Assembly: GCA_964587725.1 (NCBI GenBank)
Contig: CAZPLO010000004.1
Span: forward strand, 16,323-80,322
Source of the DNA: an uncultured archaeon
GTDB lineage: Archaea > Altiarchaeota > Altiarchaeia > IMC4 > SCGC-AAA252-I15
DNA length: 64,000 bases
Reading direction: 5' to 3'
Translations under genes and position numbers: made by a program
Notes under the pieces: model-generated
Database searches by the model: none
What the model saw: only the letters and a program-made list of their open reading frames with translations
What the model was told of the DNA's origin: nothing
Shown here: piece after piece, positions 25,679 to 35,863 of the stretch
Position numbering within the stretch: the stretch's first letter is position 1
Layout of the letters: each line of letters opens with the position of its first letter

Positions 25679-26212
25679 ATGGTGAAGAGGAAGGAGTTCC
25701 ACCGGGACAATGTCGGGGGGGAGTTTCCAGAGGGTGTTAAGGATTTTGATGAGACAGGCAGAGTGGAGGTGCGGGGTTTCCTGCTTCCCCCCGTTCTGAT
25801 GCATGGGACAACCGCTGAAACAGCCAGGAGAAGGCTGAAAGCCGACGGCGGCTACTCGTGCAGCGGCTTGGGTGTCATGGACGCCATCAGCGGCGACACC
25901 AGGGCCTGGCCCCAGAACATGCATGGAGTGGACGTTAAAAAAGCCACTGTAGTGTTCTCCACAGCATTGGCTTTCCTGCCAGAGAAAGGAGGGGATGATT
26001 CTGGACTTCAGATTATAAGGGCGCCTAGGGAGGGGGATGCGTTTTCTTCTGCGCACATCAGGTTCAAACGGCCCCCACCAGGCTCCTTCGGGATCGTATA
26101 TGAGGATGAGGATGTGTCGTTTGAAAGAGGCACGCGCCCCTTGAAATCAGGATACGGGGAGAAAATCGATGAACTCAGAGGACGCCTAATACGGAAGGCT
26201 AGGGAGCGGTGA
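25679..26212 (+). CDS. Hypothetical protein (177 aa)
   Basis: Internal ATG of ORF 25604..26212, positioned about 25 nt after a TATA box. Globular composition, with an HGT motif of unknown significance. Confidence 0.4.
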   Translation: MVKRKEFHRDNVGGEFPEGVKDFDETGRVEVRGFLLPPVLMHGTTAETARRRLKADGGYSCSGLGVMDAISGDTRAWPQNMHGVDVKKATVVFSTALAFLPEKGGDDSGLQIIRAPREGDAFSSAHIRFKRPPPGSFGIVYEDEDVSFERGTRPLKSGYGEKIDELRGRLIRKARER

Positions 26213-26214
26213 AT

Positions 26215-29043
26215 TCATTCTATGTAGATGCCGGGCTTCATGGGGGTGGCGTATTTTGTTTTTCCTTCAGGGTCTTCCGGCGGGTTGACTTTGGCTTCAG
26301 CTTCGAACTCCTTCGACAGGAAGTCGGCGGCGTCAGCGAGTGCGGCGGCTTCGTCTTGAGGCGGCAGCATGTGAGCTGGTATTTCGTCGCGGCGGGTTTT
26401 CATCAGCTTCGCAGCATCCTTCCCGTGTTTTTTGATTTCTGGGTCCTGCATGACGTCCTTGATGGACTTGCCGTCAGCTATCGCCCCAAAGACCTGGTGC
26501 TTCCATTCGGGTGCGGTGTAGAAGCTGATTGCTGAAGGCTTCTTCTTCGTCACCTGCAGGATGCTCTGGACGTCCTCCATAATATTGGACAAGTATTCTT
26601 CAACAGCTTCGACGGACTCGTCGAGCTTGGAGTCGTCGGGGGCGGGGTAGGGTGCGTTGGATGCGAATCCTTCGCCGCCCATTTTCTCCCACAGTTCCTC
26701 GCAGGTGAACGGCGTGAACGGCGTCATCAGACGAACCCATGTGTCGGCGAGCTCCCGCATCACCGTAGGGTTGGGTTCGCCTCGGCGCATATACCATGCT
26801 ACGTCGTTGAACAGTTCATAGAATATGGTTTGAAGGGCTTTGCGCGTCTGGAAGCCCTCCAGGGCTTCGGTGGCGTCGGCTATGCGGCGGTTCAGCCGGG
26901 AGATAAGCCAGCGGTCTATGGGCCGCATCTTGGCGTCGCCTTCCATTGCTACTGCGTCTTCGATTATGCGGGTGAACTGTCTAAGGCGGCGGTTGACGCT
27001 CTCCACCAGGTTTTCACGCCAGTCGAAGTCCTGCCAAGGCTCCGCGTTCCCCATCAGGAATAGGCGGACGACGTCGGCTCCGTGTTGTTCAACAGCCTCT
27101 TTGACTAGGATGACGTTGCCTTTGCTGCTGCTCATCTTCTCACCCTCCAGCAGCCCCATCCCGAAGGAGGCTATGCCCCTGGGCCACTTGTCTGCGTTGA
27201 AGAGTGCGCAGTGGTGGAAGAGCATGAATGTGAGGTGGTTTTGCACGAGTTCGAGGGCGCTGCACCGCCAGTCCTGCGGGTACCAGTAGTCGAATGAAGA
27301 GCGGATTTCAATGAGCTTATCCTCGGGTACGCCGGTGGATTCTGCGACGTCCGCTGGTTTGCCTTCGCCCCTGAATGTGAAGTTGAAGAACTCGACTGTG
27401 AGCTGCTCAGGCTTCAAGTCCTTAATGAGGTGTGCTACGGTGTAGTATGCCATGTATATTGTGGAGTCGGACAGCGGCTCTATCATGAACCGGTCGTCGA
27501 GGGGGAGGCGGGTGCCGAGGCCGTAGTTGCGGATGCACGGCCACTCGTGCAGCCAGTCCACGGTGTTCATGTAATCCTGTTTCGTGCGTTCCGGGATGGT
27601 GTTGAGGTTGTGGATTGCTCCGCGGACCGTCTCCTTCCAGTCGGGGTTGCCGTAGTCTATGAACCAGCTGTCCGCCTTAGCAACCACCACGGTGCCGCCG
27701 CACCTGCAGGTTACCGGTTCGCTGAACTCCAGCATCGTGTCGGCGGCGCCTTCATCCAAAAGCTTTTGTTTCATCTTCTCCTTCGCGCGGACAACAGCCA
27801 TGCCCTTGTAGGGGCCGCAGTTCTCGTTCATGAACCCGGAGTGGAACCCCTCCTTGTAGACTTCCCGTGTGGCTTCCTCGAGTTTCTCGGTGTCATGCTG
27901 GCTTTTGATGCCCATCCGCTCCACGACGGTTTTAGCGGCTTCGGGGCCGTATCCTTCGATGTTGATGATGGGGATGGTCTGTATGGGCTTGACCTTGTCG
28001 TAGTCTATACCGTGTTTCTGGGAGATGCCTGGATTCTCCTGCAGGTCCTTCAACGCTATCCAGTCGTAGGGTGCGTCGCTGGGCACTGATGTGACGAGGC
28101 CTGTGCCTATTTTTGGGTCGGGGAAATCCGACGGCAGGATGATTATGTCTCGGTCGACTACGGGGGCGCGGCAGTATTCCCCCAACAGGTCGGCGCCCCT
28201 GACCTTATCTTTGACCTCCACCTCCCTGTCCTGGAGGCGCAGCTTTTCGGCGCATTCGGCGCTGACTATCCACGGCTCCCCCTCCACGTCGGCCTTTACG
28301 TATTCGACTCCGGGGTTCACCCACATGTTGGTCTGGCCGTACATGGTTTCGGGGCGGAGGGTTGCGGCTATTATGAATGAGTCGCCGTATTTGAACTTCA
28401 GGAGCGTGAACTCCTGCACGTCCGCGTCCTCGCCTTCGAGGAGGTCGTGGGTTGTCACAGGGTTCTCGTCTTGGGTGCAGTATTTCACGGGATGCAGGCC
28501 TTTTTTGATGAGACCGCGGCCGTTGAGGGTCATATACTGCCAGGTTATGAATTTGTTGTAGTGGGGGTCGTTGGTGGTGAACTGCCGGCGCCAGTCTATT
28601 GTGTAGCCGAGCTTCTTCATGCTTGGGCGGTAGTGGTTTGAGATGAAGTATTGGGCGAAATCCATAGGCTCCTTAATGACGGAGAGCTCGTCGTCGGTCA
28701 TCCCGTACACTTCCTTCAGCACCCGGAGCTGCTTCTCCTCCCCCTCCTTAAGCCTCTTCAACGCGCCGATAATGGGTGTGCCGGTGACGTGCCATGCCAT
28801 CGGGAACAGCACGTTGTAGCCCTGCATCCGCTTGAACCGGGCGATGACGTCGGGTACAGTGTAGGTTCGGGCGTGGCCGATGTGCATCCCCCCTGAGGGG
28901 TATGGGTACGCTACTGTAAGATAGAATGATTCGCGGCCGTCGGGGTCGCTGTCGAAGACACCACCCTCACCCCACCGTTTAAGCCACTTAGCCTCTGTTT
29001 CGGACGCGTCGGACATAATGGAAGAGAATATGGAATCCAACAT
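26215..29043 (-). CDS. leuS: Leucyl-tRNA synthetase (archaeal type)
   Basis: 942 aa with HIGHARTY (HIGH), KMSSSKGNV (KMSKS), and an editing domain. Confidence 0.9.
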   Translation of the reverse strand: MLDSIFSSIMSDASETEAKWLKRWGEGGVFDSDPDGRESFYLTVAYPYPSGGMHIGHARTYTVPDVIARFKRMQGYNVLFPMAWHVTGTPIIGALKRLKEGEEKQLRVLKEVYGMTDDELSVIKEPMDFAQYFISNHYRPSMKKLGYTIDWRRQFTTNDPHYNKFITWQYMTLNGRGLIKKGLHPVKYCTQDENPVTTHDLLEGEDADVQEFTLLKFKYGDSFIIAATLRPETMYGQTNMWVNPGVEYVKADVEGEPWIVSAECAEKLRLQDREVEVKDKVRGADLLGEYCRAPVVDRDIIILPSDFPDPKIGTGLVTSVPSDAPYDWIALKDLQENPGISQKHGIDYDKVKPIQTIPIINIEGYGPEAAKTVVERMGIKSQHDTEKLEEATREVYKEGFHSGFMNENCGPYKGMAVVRAKEKMKQKLLDEGAADTMLEFSEPVTCRCGGTVVVAKADSWFIDYGNPDWKETVRGAIHNLNTIPERTKQDYMNTVDWLHEWPCIRNYGLGTRLPLDDRFMIEPLSDSTIYMAYYTVAHLIKDLKPEQLTVEFFNFTFRGEGKPADVAESTGVPEDKLIEIRSSFDYWYPQDWRCSALELVQNHLTFMLFHHCALFNADKWPRGIASFGMGLLEGEKMSSSKGNVILVKEAVEQHGADVVRLFLMGNAEPWQDFDWRENLVESVNRRLRQFTRIIEDAVAMEGDAKMRPIDRWLISRLNRRIADATEALEGFQTRKALQTIFYELFNDVAWYMRRGEPNPTVMRELADTWVRLMTPFTPFTCEELWEKMGGEGFASNAPYPAPDDSKLDESVEAVEEYLSNIMEDVQSILQVTKKKPSAISFYTAPEWKHQVFGAIADGKSIKDVMQDPEIKKHGKDAAKLMKTRRDEIPAHMLPPQDEAAALADAADFLSKEFEAEAKVNPPEDPEGKTKYATPMKPGIYIE

Positions 29044-29055
29044 TAATAATGCTTA

Positions 29056-30201
29056 TTAAGGCTTGAAAGACCGCATACGCTCCAGCGCCTCTTTTATGGT
29101 GTCGCGTGACACCGAGTAGCTGCATCTCACGTACCCTCCTCCGCTGTCGCCGAAGGTGTTGCCTGGGACCACCGCCACCTTCGCTTCGTCGAGGAGGCGT
29201 TGGGCGAAGTCGTCGCTGTTTAAGCCGGTTTCACGTATGTTGGGGAAGGCGTAGAACGCGCCCTTCGGCGTGATGCATGATACGCCGGCGAGTTCGTTCA
29301 AACCCTTCACCAGCAGCCGGCGTCTCGCGTCGTATTCCTTCACCATGTCTTTCACGTACTTGGAGCATTTGTCGAACGCCAGTGCGGCGTACTGGGCGAC
29401 GGTGGGGGCGCTGAGCATCGTGTACTGGTGTATCTTCATCATCGCCTCAATAACCTCCGACGGACCTGCGGCGTATCCTAGGCGCCACCCCGTGAACGCG
29501 TAGCCTTTGCTGAAGCCGTTGATTGTTACCGTCCGGCAGGCCATGCCGTCGAATGAGCCTATGCTGTGGTGTTTCACGCCGTCGTAGAGGAGGTGTTCGT
29601 AGAGTTCGTCGGATATCACTGTCAGGTCGTGTTCGACCACCAGGTCGGCGATGTCCTCCAGGCCCTTCTTGTCCAGTACGCTGCCTGTGGGGTTGTTCGG
29701 CGACGCGACGATGATGGCCTTGGTTTTGTCGGTGAGCTTGTCCTCCACATCCCCTACCTGCACGCGGAAGTCGTGTTCCTCGTTCATGGGCACCGGCACG
29801 GGCGTGCAGTGGGCGAACCACACACACGGCTTATATGATACGTAGCTTGGTTCGGGGACGAGGACTTCGTCGCCGGGATCCAGTATCGCGCGGAACACCA
29901 AATCCAACGCCTCGCTGGTTCCTGTGGTTACGAGGACCTGGGTTTCCGGGTCCGCGTCGAGGTCGTTGTCTTTCTTCAGCTTGGATGAAATCTTCTCACG
30001 CAACTCCAAAAGACCGTAGTTGCTGGTGTAGTTGTTGTAGTCTGACTCGATGGAGTTTATGCCCGCAGCCTTCATGGGGTCGGGTGTGGGGAAATCCGGT
30101 TCGCCGACGCCGAGGCTGACCACGTCCTTCCTCTTCGACACCACGTCGAAGAACCTCCTGATACCTGAGAAAGGTATTTTGTCAACGCGCTCCGAAATCA
30201 T
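29056..30201 (-). CDS. Pyridoxal-phosphate-dependent aminotransferase, class I (aspartate aminotransferase family)
   Basis: 381 aa with GVGEPDFPTP near the N-terminus and SFSKGYAFTGWRLGY (the PLP-lysine region). Confidence 0.8.
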   Translation of the reverse strand: MISERVDKIPFSGIRRFFDVVSKRKDVVSLGVGEPDFPTPDPMKAAGINSIESDYNNYTSNYGLLELREKISSKLKKDNDLDADPETQVLVTTGTSEALDLVFRAILDPGDEVLVPEPSYVSYKPCVWFAHCTPVPVPMNEEHDFRVQVGDVEDKLTDKTKAIIVASPNNPTGSVLDKKGLEDIADLVVEHDLTVISDELYEHLLYDGVKHHSIGSFDGMACRTVTINGFSKGYAFTGWRLGYAAGPSEVIEAMMKIHQYTMLSAPTVAQYAALAFDKCSKYVKDMVKEYDARRRLLVKGLNELAGVSCITPKGAFYAFPNIRETGLNSDDFAQRLLDEAKVAVVPGNTFGDSGGGYVRCSYSVSRDTIKEALERMRSFKP

Positions 30202-30208
30202 TGTGTGG

Positions 30209-30697
30209 TCAGCTGACTGGGAGCCGCTTCCGCCTGGCCTCGTGGAAGACGGCGCCGTCCCGTTTGAACTCCTTCAGTATCACGTGCGTGTATGTTCCCG
30301 TGACCTCCTTCATGGGCGCGAGCTTTTCGGTAACGAACTCGCTTATTTCGTCGATGTCGTCCGCACGCACGGTAACCATCAAATCGTATTTACCGGAGGT
30401 GATGAGGACGTCGGACACACGCTTGTCCTTGGCTATGTCGTCGCAGACCTTGTCGAAGCCCGTCTTCCGCTGCGGCACCACCTTAACCTGTATGACCGCC
30501 ACAGCTTTTTTCCCGTCGACCTTACGCCAGTCGATTATCGCGTTGTAGCCCTTTATCACTCCCCTCTCGGACAAATCCTTCAACGCCTCCTCAACCTCCT
30601 CTTCTGAGGAGTCTAGCATGATGGCTAAATCAGCCGTCGAAATCCGCGCATCCGCTTCCAGAAGCTCCAGCAACCTCACATTATCCATCAAAAACAC
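30209..30697 (-). CDS. Lrp/AsnC-family transcriptional regulator
   Basis: N-terminal HTH (VRLLELLEADARISTADLAIMLDSSEEEV) and a C-terminal RAM domain. Immediately upstream of the aminotransferase and leuS on the same strand. Confidence 0.75.
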   Translation of the reverse strand: MFLMDNVRLLELLEADARISTADLAIMLDSSEEEVEEALKDLSERGVIKGYNAIIDWRKVDGKKAVAVIQVKVVPQRKTGFDKVCDDIAKDKRVSDVLITSGKYDLMVTVRADDIDEISEFVTEKLAPMKEVTGTYTHVILKEFKRDGAVFHEARRKRLPVS

Positions 30698-30768
30698 CCC
30701 GTGAGTTAAAGATACGGCTTAAACCAATAAAAATAGCCGATTTAAAGGTGTCCTTCGTAGAATAAGGT

Positions 30769-33153
30769 ATGGGGAACGGCCATAAAACGCCGGGGAGACG
30801 CCGGGTGAAAGGCGGTGAGATGCCGGGGCCCATGGAGCTGGGGGAAAACTCGGAAACCATGCTGGTGGGGCCGCATCCTCTTGAAACCGACGCTGAAGGC
30901 AGGCCGGTGAACACTGCAGCATGCCTGATACTGAAAGACGACAATCCTCTTGGGAAAAATCTTTTTGTGACCTCAAGGCCGGACCACCGCGCAGGCGCCT
31001 TCAAGACCGCGTTTCTGATAGCATATTCCATGGGGGACGGCGTAGAAGACCCGAATAGGGGCTTGAGCAATGACAGGGTTCCTTCTTCAGCCCAATTGGA
31101 TCAGCTGGCTCGGCTGACGCTCAAGAGGTCTAAATCCCCTGAAGAGGAGGGACTGGTCCGTAGGCTGGATGAGACCGCGATGAAACACGGAGAAAAGGTA
31201 ATTGGTAATTATGTGCCGGTGGTCATGCGCGGGTTCGGCGAAAACGTGGAGGTGTGCGTGAGAAAAGACCCTGAAGTGGATTTGGACACACTAGATGAGT
31301 CGGTGAGGGTCATAGAGGAGGATCTGGGGGTGCCCTACGACAGAGTGAAAGTTGTTTCTAACAGCATTGAAGGAAATGAGAGCCTCAGGAGACACTATGA
31401 ACGCCGGGGGTCGTTGTACAGGCTTTATCCCCCCACCATGTCAAAGGACAGGCAGGTGGAGTTCATCAGAGAATCCATGATAAAAACAGACCAGGGGGTT
31501 AGCCTCTACTATGCAGCGGGGAGTGGAGAACGTTTGCTGACTGAAGGAGGGTATAGGACGGTCGTTGAAGACTTTAAGGGGGGGAGGGTGGACAGGGAAA
31601 CCCTTGCCGGACAGTTCCATTGCATGACAGACCTCTACGGAAGACAGAACCGCACTGGAACCCCTTCCCTATCATTCTGTAAGGTGGCGTCTGGCAGGTT
31701 CGGGATAAAATATCTCAGGGACGTTTTAGAATCCGTAGAGGACAGTGGGAAAACCGACGCCGAAGTAGTCCGCGTGCTCCAAGAAAGTCTGGAACGGATG
31801 CACGACGCCACCGAAAACCACTTCCACGAAGACAATATGGATAACGAGCAGTGGAGGTGGAACATGTACAAGACACTCATGGGCATGGAGAAAGCCCCGT
31901 CGGAGGAGCTCAAGCTGGGTTTGGGCCGCGAGTTCATGGGGGAGGTGGAGTGGCTGCCCGGCGGGAGAAACGAAGATGACGGGTTCATTCTCGACCCCCA
32001 CCTGGACGCGATGATAGAGCAAGGTGACGTGCGCGCCCAGCACGTTAAGGCGATTATATCGGACTTCAGGGGATACTGCGGCAGGAAAGGCCATGAGCTG
32101 GAGCACATAAACGTGGGGCAGGTGATAGAGTCGCTTTCCAAGAGGGGGAAGGTGAGCCCTGAGGAGGTGCGTGAGGTGTACGTGGTCGAATGGCGTGTGG
32201 AAGGCGATGAGAGGAACAGGGTGGACCTCGTCAGAAGGCAGAAATGGGATGAACGATACTACCGGGAAGGCCGTGAATTCGACTTCGGCGACAGGAAAAA
32301 CTTCTACGGGAGAGTTAAACTGGAGGAGATGATGAAGGCCGGCGAGGCCGGCCGCGACGAAAGAGGATGGTATGTGGAGAGAGACGGCGTGAAAGTCTAC
32401 GGCAGGGAGCTGACCGAGGGGGAGGCTGAGACGTTAAGCCGAGAATACACGATGTTCGTTTTGGACCGGAACAGGTTCGACGAGGTGATATCACCGGGCC
32501 ACCCCCACATGGAGGTCATACCCTGCAAGGAGGTTGAGGGCGATGCAGAATACGACACCCCGTTTTTAACCCGCTCATACTCCGAGGGCGTCCCAGTCGA
32601 CAAGATACCGGATGAAATGTACGGCAACCCCGAATTCGTTAAGAGGCTGGCGATATACATGGGCGTGGAGGCCGCCCGCAACATGAGTTTGGGCAGGATA
32701 AACCCCCACACCGGATTCCACCTCTACGGGGACGGAGACGAGATAATAAAACTCAATGAGGGCGGCCTGCCCACAGGTTATATAAGAAACGATGAGACCA
32801 GCGTATTCGGGGACGTGGAAAAGCCGCTGGCGGAGTACGTATCAACGTTCAACGCGTGGATTGTGAAGACCCTGGATAAGGCGGCCGACAGGGGTGTGGG
32901 TTTGGAGGACATTGGCGCCATACATGAGAAGTATGTGGACGCGTTCAAGAGAGAATTCATCAGGATACAGAAACTGTTCAGGGACGACGGCGTAAGAAAC
33001 ATGTTCGACGGCAATCCCCCGAAGAGGGGGGAGGAACGTTACGGGTGGGCCGGCTGCAGGTATCTGGTGCCGAAGGCGGTGGACAGGGTGAGGGTGGCTG
33101 ACGTTGAAGAACTGGTCGGGGAGCTTAACAAGGGTTTCAGACCCGTCGGCTAA
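30769..33153 (+). CDS. Large hypothetical protein (794 aa)
   Basis: Uninterrupted ORF of ordinary composition. A TATA element gatttaaagg lies about 25 nt upstream. No recognisable motif. Confidence 0.5.
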   Translation: MGNGHKTPGRRRVKGGEMPGPMELGENSETMLVGPHPLETDAEGRPVNTAACLILKDDNPLGKNLFVTSRPDHRAGAFKTAFLIAYSMGDGVEDPNRGLSNDRVPSSAQLDQLARLTLKRSKSPEEEGLVRRLDETAMKHGEKVIGNYVPVVMRGFGENVEVCVRKDPEVDLDTLDESVRVIEEDLGVPYDRVKVVSNSIEGNESLRRHYERRGSLYRLYPPTMSKDRQVEFIRESMIKTDQGVSLYYAAGSGERLLTEGGYRTVVEDFKGGRVDRETLAGQFHCMTDLYGRQNRTGTPSLSFCKVASGRFGIKYLRDVLESVEDSGKTDAEVVRVLQESLERMHDATENHFHEDNMDNEQWRWNMYKTLMGMEKAPSEELKLGLGREFMGEVEWLPGGRNEDDGFILDPHLDAMIEQGDVRAQHVKAIISDFRGYCGRKGHELEHINVGQVIESLSKRGKVSPEEVREVYVVEWRVEGDERNRVDLVRRQKWDERYYREGREFDFGDRKNFYGRVKLEEMMKAGEAGRDERGWYVERDGVKVYGRELTEGEAETLSREYTMFVLDRNRFDEVISPGHPHMEVIPCKEVEGDAEYDTPFLTRSYSEGVPVDKIPDEMYGNPEFVKRLAIYMGVEAARNMSLGRINPHTGFHLYGDGDEIIKLNEGGLPTGYIRNDETSVFGDVEKPLAEYVSTFNAWIVKTLDKAADRGVGLEDIGAIHEKYVDAFKREFIRIQKLFRDDGVRNMFDGNPPKRGEERYGWAGCRYLVPKAVDRVRVADVEELVGELNKGFRPVG

Positions 33154-34205
33154 AGCAGCTTCTTCTTCAGCGCGAGTTCCGCGTTCAGTATGCTGGCGCC
33201 GGCTGCGCCGCGTATGGTGTTGTGGCTTAGGCAGGTGAACTTGAACTTCTTCTTCGTCTTCTTCCGCAGCCTCCCCACGGTGACGGCCATGCCTTTGCCT
33301 GCGTCGCGGTCGCGGCGCGGCTGCGGGCGGTCCTCCTCCTCCCGCACGATAATCGGCGGGTTGGGTGCGGTCGGCAGCTTCAGCTCCTGCGGCACGCTGC
33401 TGTAGCCCCTCAATACCGCTATGATGTCTTCTAGGTCGCAGTCCTGCTTAGTCCCGACGAAAACCGCCTTCAAGTGGCCGTCTAATGATGGAACCCGGTT
33501 GCATGACGCGAATATGTCCATCGAAGCGTCTTCGACATGGTCTTTAGACAAACTTCCGAGTATCTTCAGAGGCTCCGTCTCCACCTTATCCTCTTCGCCG
33601 CCGATGTACGGTATCACGTTGTCGACTGCCGCCATCGACGGCACGCCGTTGTAGCCTGCGCCGGACAGCGCCTGCATGGTGGTGACGTTCACCCACTCCA
33701 AGCCGAACTCGTCCAATATGGGCTTCAACGGCACCACCAGCCCGATGGTGCTGCAGTTGGGGTTCGTGACTATGTGGCCGTTCCAGCCGCGCTTCTCCTT
33801 CTGAACCTTGAGCAGGTCCAGGTGCTCGGGGTTCACGTCCCCTATCACCAACGGCACGTCCGGCTCCATCCTGTAGGTTTTGGTGTTGCTGTAGACGGGA
33901 ATCTCCTGGGCGAACGAGCCCTCAACCTCCTTAGCAATCGAGGAGGGGATTGCGCTGAACACCATATCGAGGTCGTATTCGCCTATGATTTTGGTGTCTA
34001 TCAAATCCACTTTCGTGTCGGCGACGGACTCCGGTATGTCGTCTGCGAGATACCATTTCGCGGCGTCGCGGTATTTCTTCCCCGCGCTCCTCTCCGACGC
34101 TGCTACGGCGGCCACCTTGAAGTATGGGTGGTCCTGCAGCCCCTCTATGAATCGTTGGCCCACCATGCCGGTGGCGCCGAGCACGCCGACGTTGAGTTTC
34201 TTCAT
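33150..34205 (-). CDS. asd: Aspartate-semialdehyde dehydrogenase
   Basis: 351 aa with GATGMVGQ (NAD-binding) and the TNPNCSTIGLV active-site Cys motif. Confidence 0.8.
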   Translation of the reverse strand: MKKLNVGVLGATGMVGQRFIEGLQDHPYFKVAAVAASERSAGKKYRDAAKWYLADDIPESVADTKVDLIDTKIIGEYDLDMVFSAIPSSIAKEVEGSFAQEIPVYSNTKTYRMEPDVPLVIGDVNPEHLDLLKVQKEKRGWNGHIVTNPNCSTIGLVVPLKPILDEFGLEWVNVTTMQALSGAGYNGVPSMAAVDNVIPYIGGEEDKVETEPLKILGSLSKDHVEDASMDIFASCNRVPSLDGHLKAVFVGTKQDCDLEDIIAVLRGYSSVPQELKLPTAPNPPIIVREEEDRPQPRRDRDAGKGMAVTVGRLRKKTKKKFKFTCLSHNTIRGAAGASILNAELALKKKLL

Positions 34206-34242
34206 CTCCAGTGTATAGGGAAAAAAGGAATAAAAAGCCGTG

Positions 34243-34857
34243 TCACAGCAGCCTCCTCCGGATAACGCCTATTCCATGGTTTATCAGCATCTGCACCCTG
34301 GGTTTGCTTTTGATTCTGACGCCTCCGGCTTTGAGTGCTGCGCCTAATTCGCCGTTGAAGTCTAGGGTTACGGAGCCGATTTCACGGAGTGTGTGCGCGT
34401 CGCTGCCCCCCACCATCGGCAGGCCCGCGTCGGCGCACGTCTTCACGGGATCGCGTGTATTGCCGAACGTGTGGCCGTTAACAACTTCGACGGCGTCGAA
34501 CGGCAGCTCCAGTATCAGGTCGCCCACGCCCCGCCGGTATGTGTCGTATGGGTGGGCCGCTATTGCCAGGCCGCCGAGTGAGTGTATGCGTTCGACTGTT
34601 TCAGCAGCGGAAAGGTCGCGGGGGACGAGCTCCTTTACGCCGAGGGCGAGTATGTGCCCTTCCAGGGAGGAAACCTCCACGCCAGATATGACCGTGAACG
34701 AGCCATCTGCGTATTCCAGAGCCTCCAGCGAACCGTCGATGACATCGTGATCCGTAATCGCTATGCCGTCCAGGCGCCTTCTCGCGTACTCTATTATCTC
34801 TGCGGGGCTGGCTTTGCCGTCGGACCTGCTGGAGTGGACGTGTATGTCATACAACAT
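34243..34857 (-). CDS. PHP-domain metal-dependent phosphoesterase
   Basis: MLYDIHVHSSRSDGKASP...ITDHD...GHIL, which is the PHP His/Asp pattern. Confidence 0.65.
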   Translation of the reverse strand: MLYDIHVHSSRSDGKASPAEIIEYARRRLDGIAITDHDVIDGSLEALEYADGSFTVISGVEVSSLEGHILALGVKELVPRDLSAAETVERIHSLGGLAIAAHPYDTYRRGVGDLILELPFDAVEVVNGHTFGNTRDPVKTCADAGLPMVGGSDAHTLREIGSVTLDFNGELGAALKAGGVRIKSKPRVQMLINHGIGVIRRRLL

Positions 34858-34864
34858 GGTTGTA

Positions 34865-34876
34865 TTATTTAAAGCA
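34865..34876 (+). promoter_or_regulatory. TATA box (ttatttaaagca) about 25 nt upstream of the hydB-like start at 34895
   Basis: AT-rich element at the canonical spacing. Confidence 0.45.
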
Positions 34877-34894
34877 GGTTTTAATTAGTAAGCA

Positions 34895-35863
34895 ATGGCT
34901 GTGGTTTTAGCCAAGAAAGACCTGGGGGGGTACCTTAGCTGGTTGTCGGGTGAATACGCGGTCTACGCGCCCGTCAGAAGGGGTGACGTGGTCACCTTCG
35001 ACGTGTGGCGGGAAGGCGACGAAGTCGTGTTAGACTACGACACCACCAACTCGCCTGTGAAGAGGGCTTTTTTCCCGCCGGAGGAGACGCTTCTGGGATA
35101 CAACGGAGACGTCAGGGCGCCGGCGCACAACCGGAAGGTGCTGGTGTTCGGCCTCCACCCCTACGACGTCCAGGCGATAAGGATACTGGATGAGGCGTTC
35201 GGCAAGCCTGTGAAGGACACATACTATCAGAGAAGGCGTAGGGGTTCCGTGCTGGTGGCCGTGGAACACGGGGACGTCCCCAACGCATTCTACAGCGAAC
35301 TGGACCTTGACCTTGAAAGCGGATACGACATCATGCTGTTAGACGAAGGCGACCACATCGTATTGGACGTGAAGACGGAGAAGGGGAAGAGGCTGGTGAA
35401 GAACGGGCACGTGAAGTCCAGGAACGTGAAGGCGAGGACGCCCCGCATCCCGGATGCGGGGGAGGGGAAAATCGATTTGGAGAAGACCATGGAGTTCCTC
35501 GACCGGGGCCCCGACCAGGAGCTGTGGCATGAAGTGGCGAAAGAGTGTTTCGCCTGCGGCGTCTGCGCGTACGTGTGCCCCATCTGCCACTGCTTCGACG
35601 TGGAAGACAAAACCCGGCTGGAAGGCGGCGGGGAGAGGGTGAGGAAGTGGGATTCATGCATGCTCGCCGACTTCGCATTGGTGGCAGGCGGCCTAAACTT
35701 CAGGGAAAAGAGACATGAGAGGATACACAACTGGTACCACCACAAATTCAGCCGCGCAGTCAAGGAGCGGGGGCACCCGGACTGCGTGGGGTGCGGACGG
35801 TGCATAACATACTGTCCGGCGGCGATAAAGATTCACGAAAACATCAGGAGGTGCGGGGAATGA
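34895..35863 (+). CDS. hydB: Sulfhydrogenase beta subunit / AsrA-like 4Fe-4S protein
   Basis: 322 aa with CFACGVCAYVCPICHC and CVGCGRCITYCP ferredoxin-type clusters. The fold family is that of Pyrococcus HydB / AsrA. Confidence 0.65.
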   Translation: MAVVLAKKDLGGYLSWLSGEYAVYAPVRRGDVVTFDVWREGDEVVLDYDTTNSPVKRAFFPPEETLLGYNGDVRAPAHNRKVLVFGLHPYDVQAIRILDEAFGKPVKDTYYQRRRRGSVLVAVEHGDVPNAFYSELDLDLESGYDIMLLDEGDHIVLDVKTEKGKRLVKNGHVKSRNVKARTPRIPDAGEGKIDLEKTMEFLDRGPDQELWHEVAKECFACGVCAYVCPICHCFDVEDKTRLEGGGERVRKWDSCMLADFALVAGGLNFREKRHERIHNWYHHKFSRAVKERGHPDCVGCGRCITYCPAAIKIHENIRRCGE

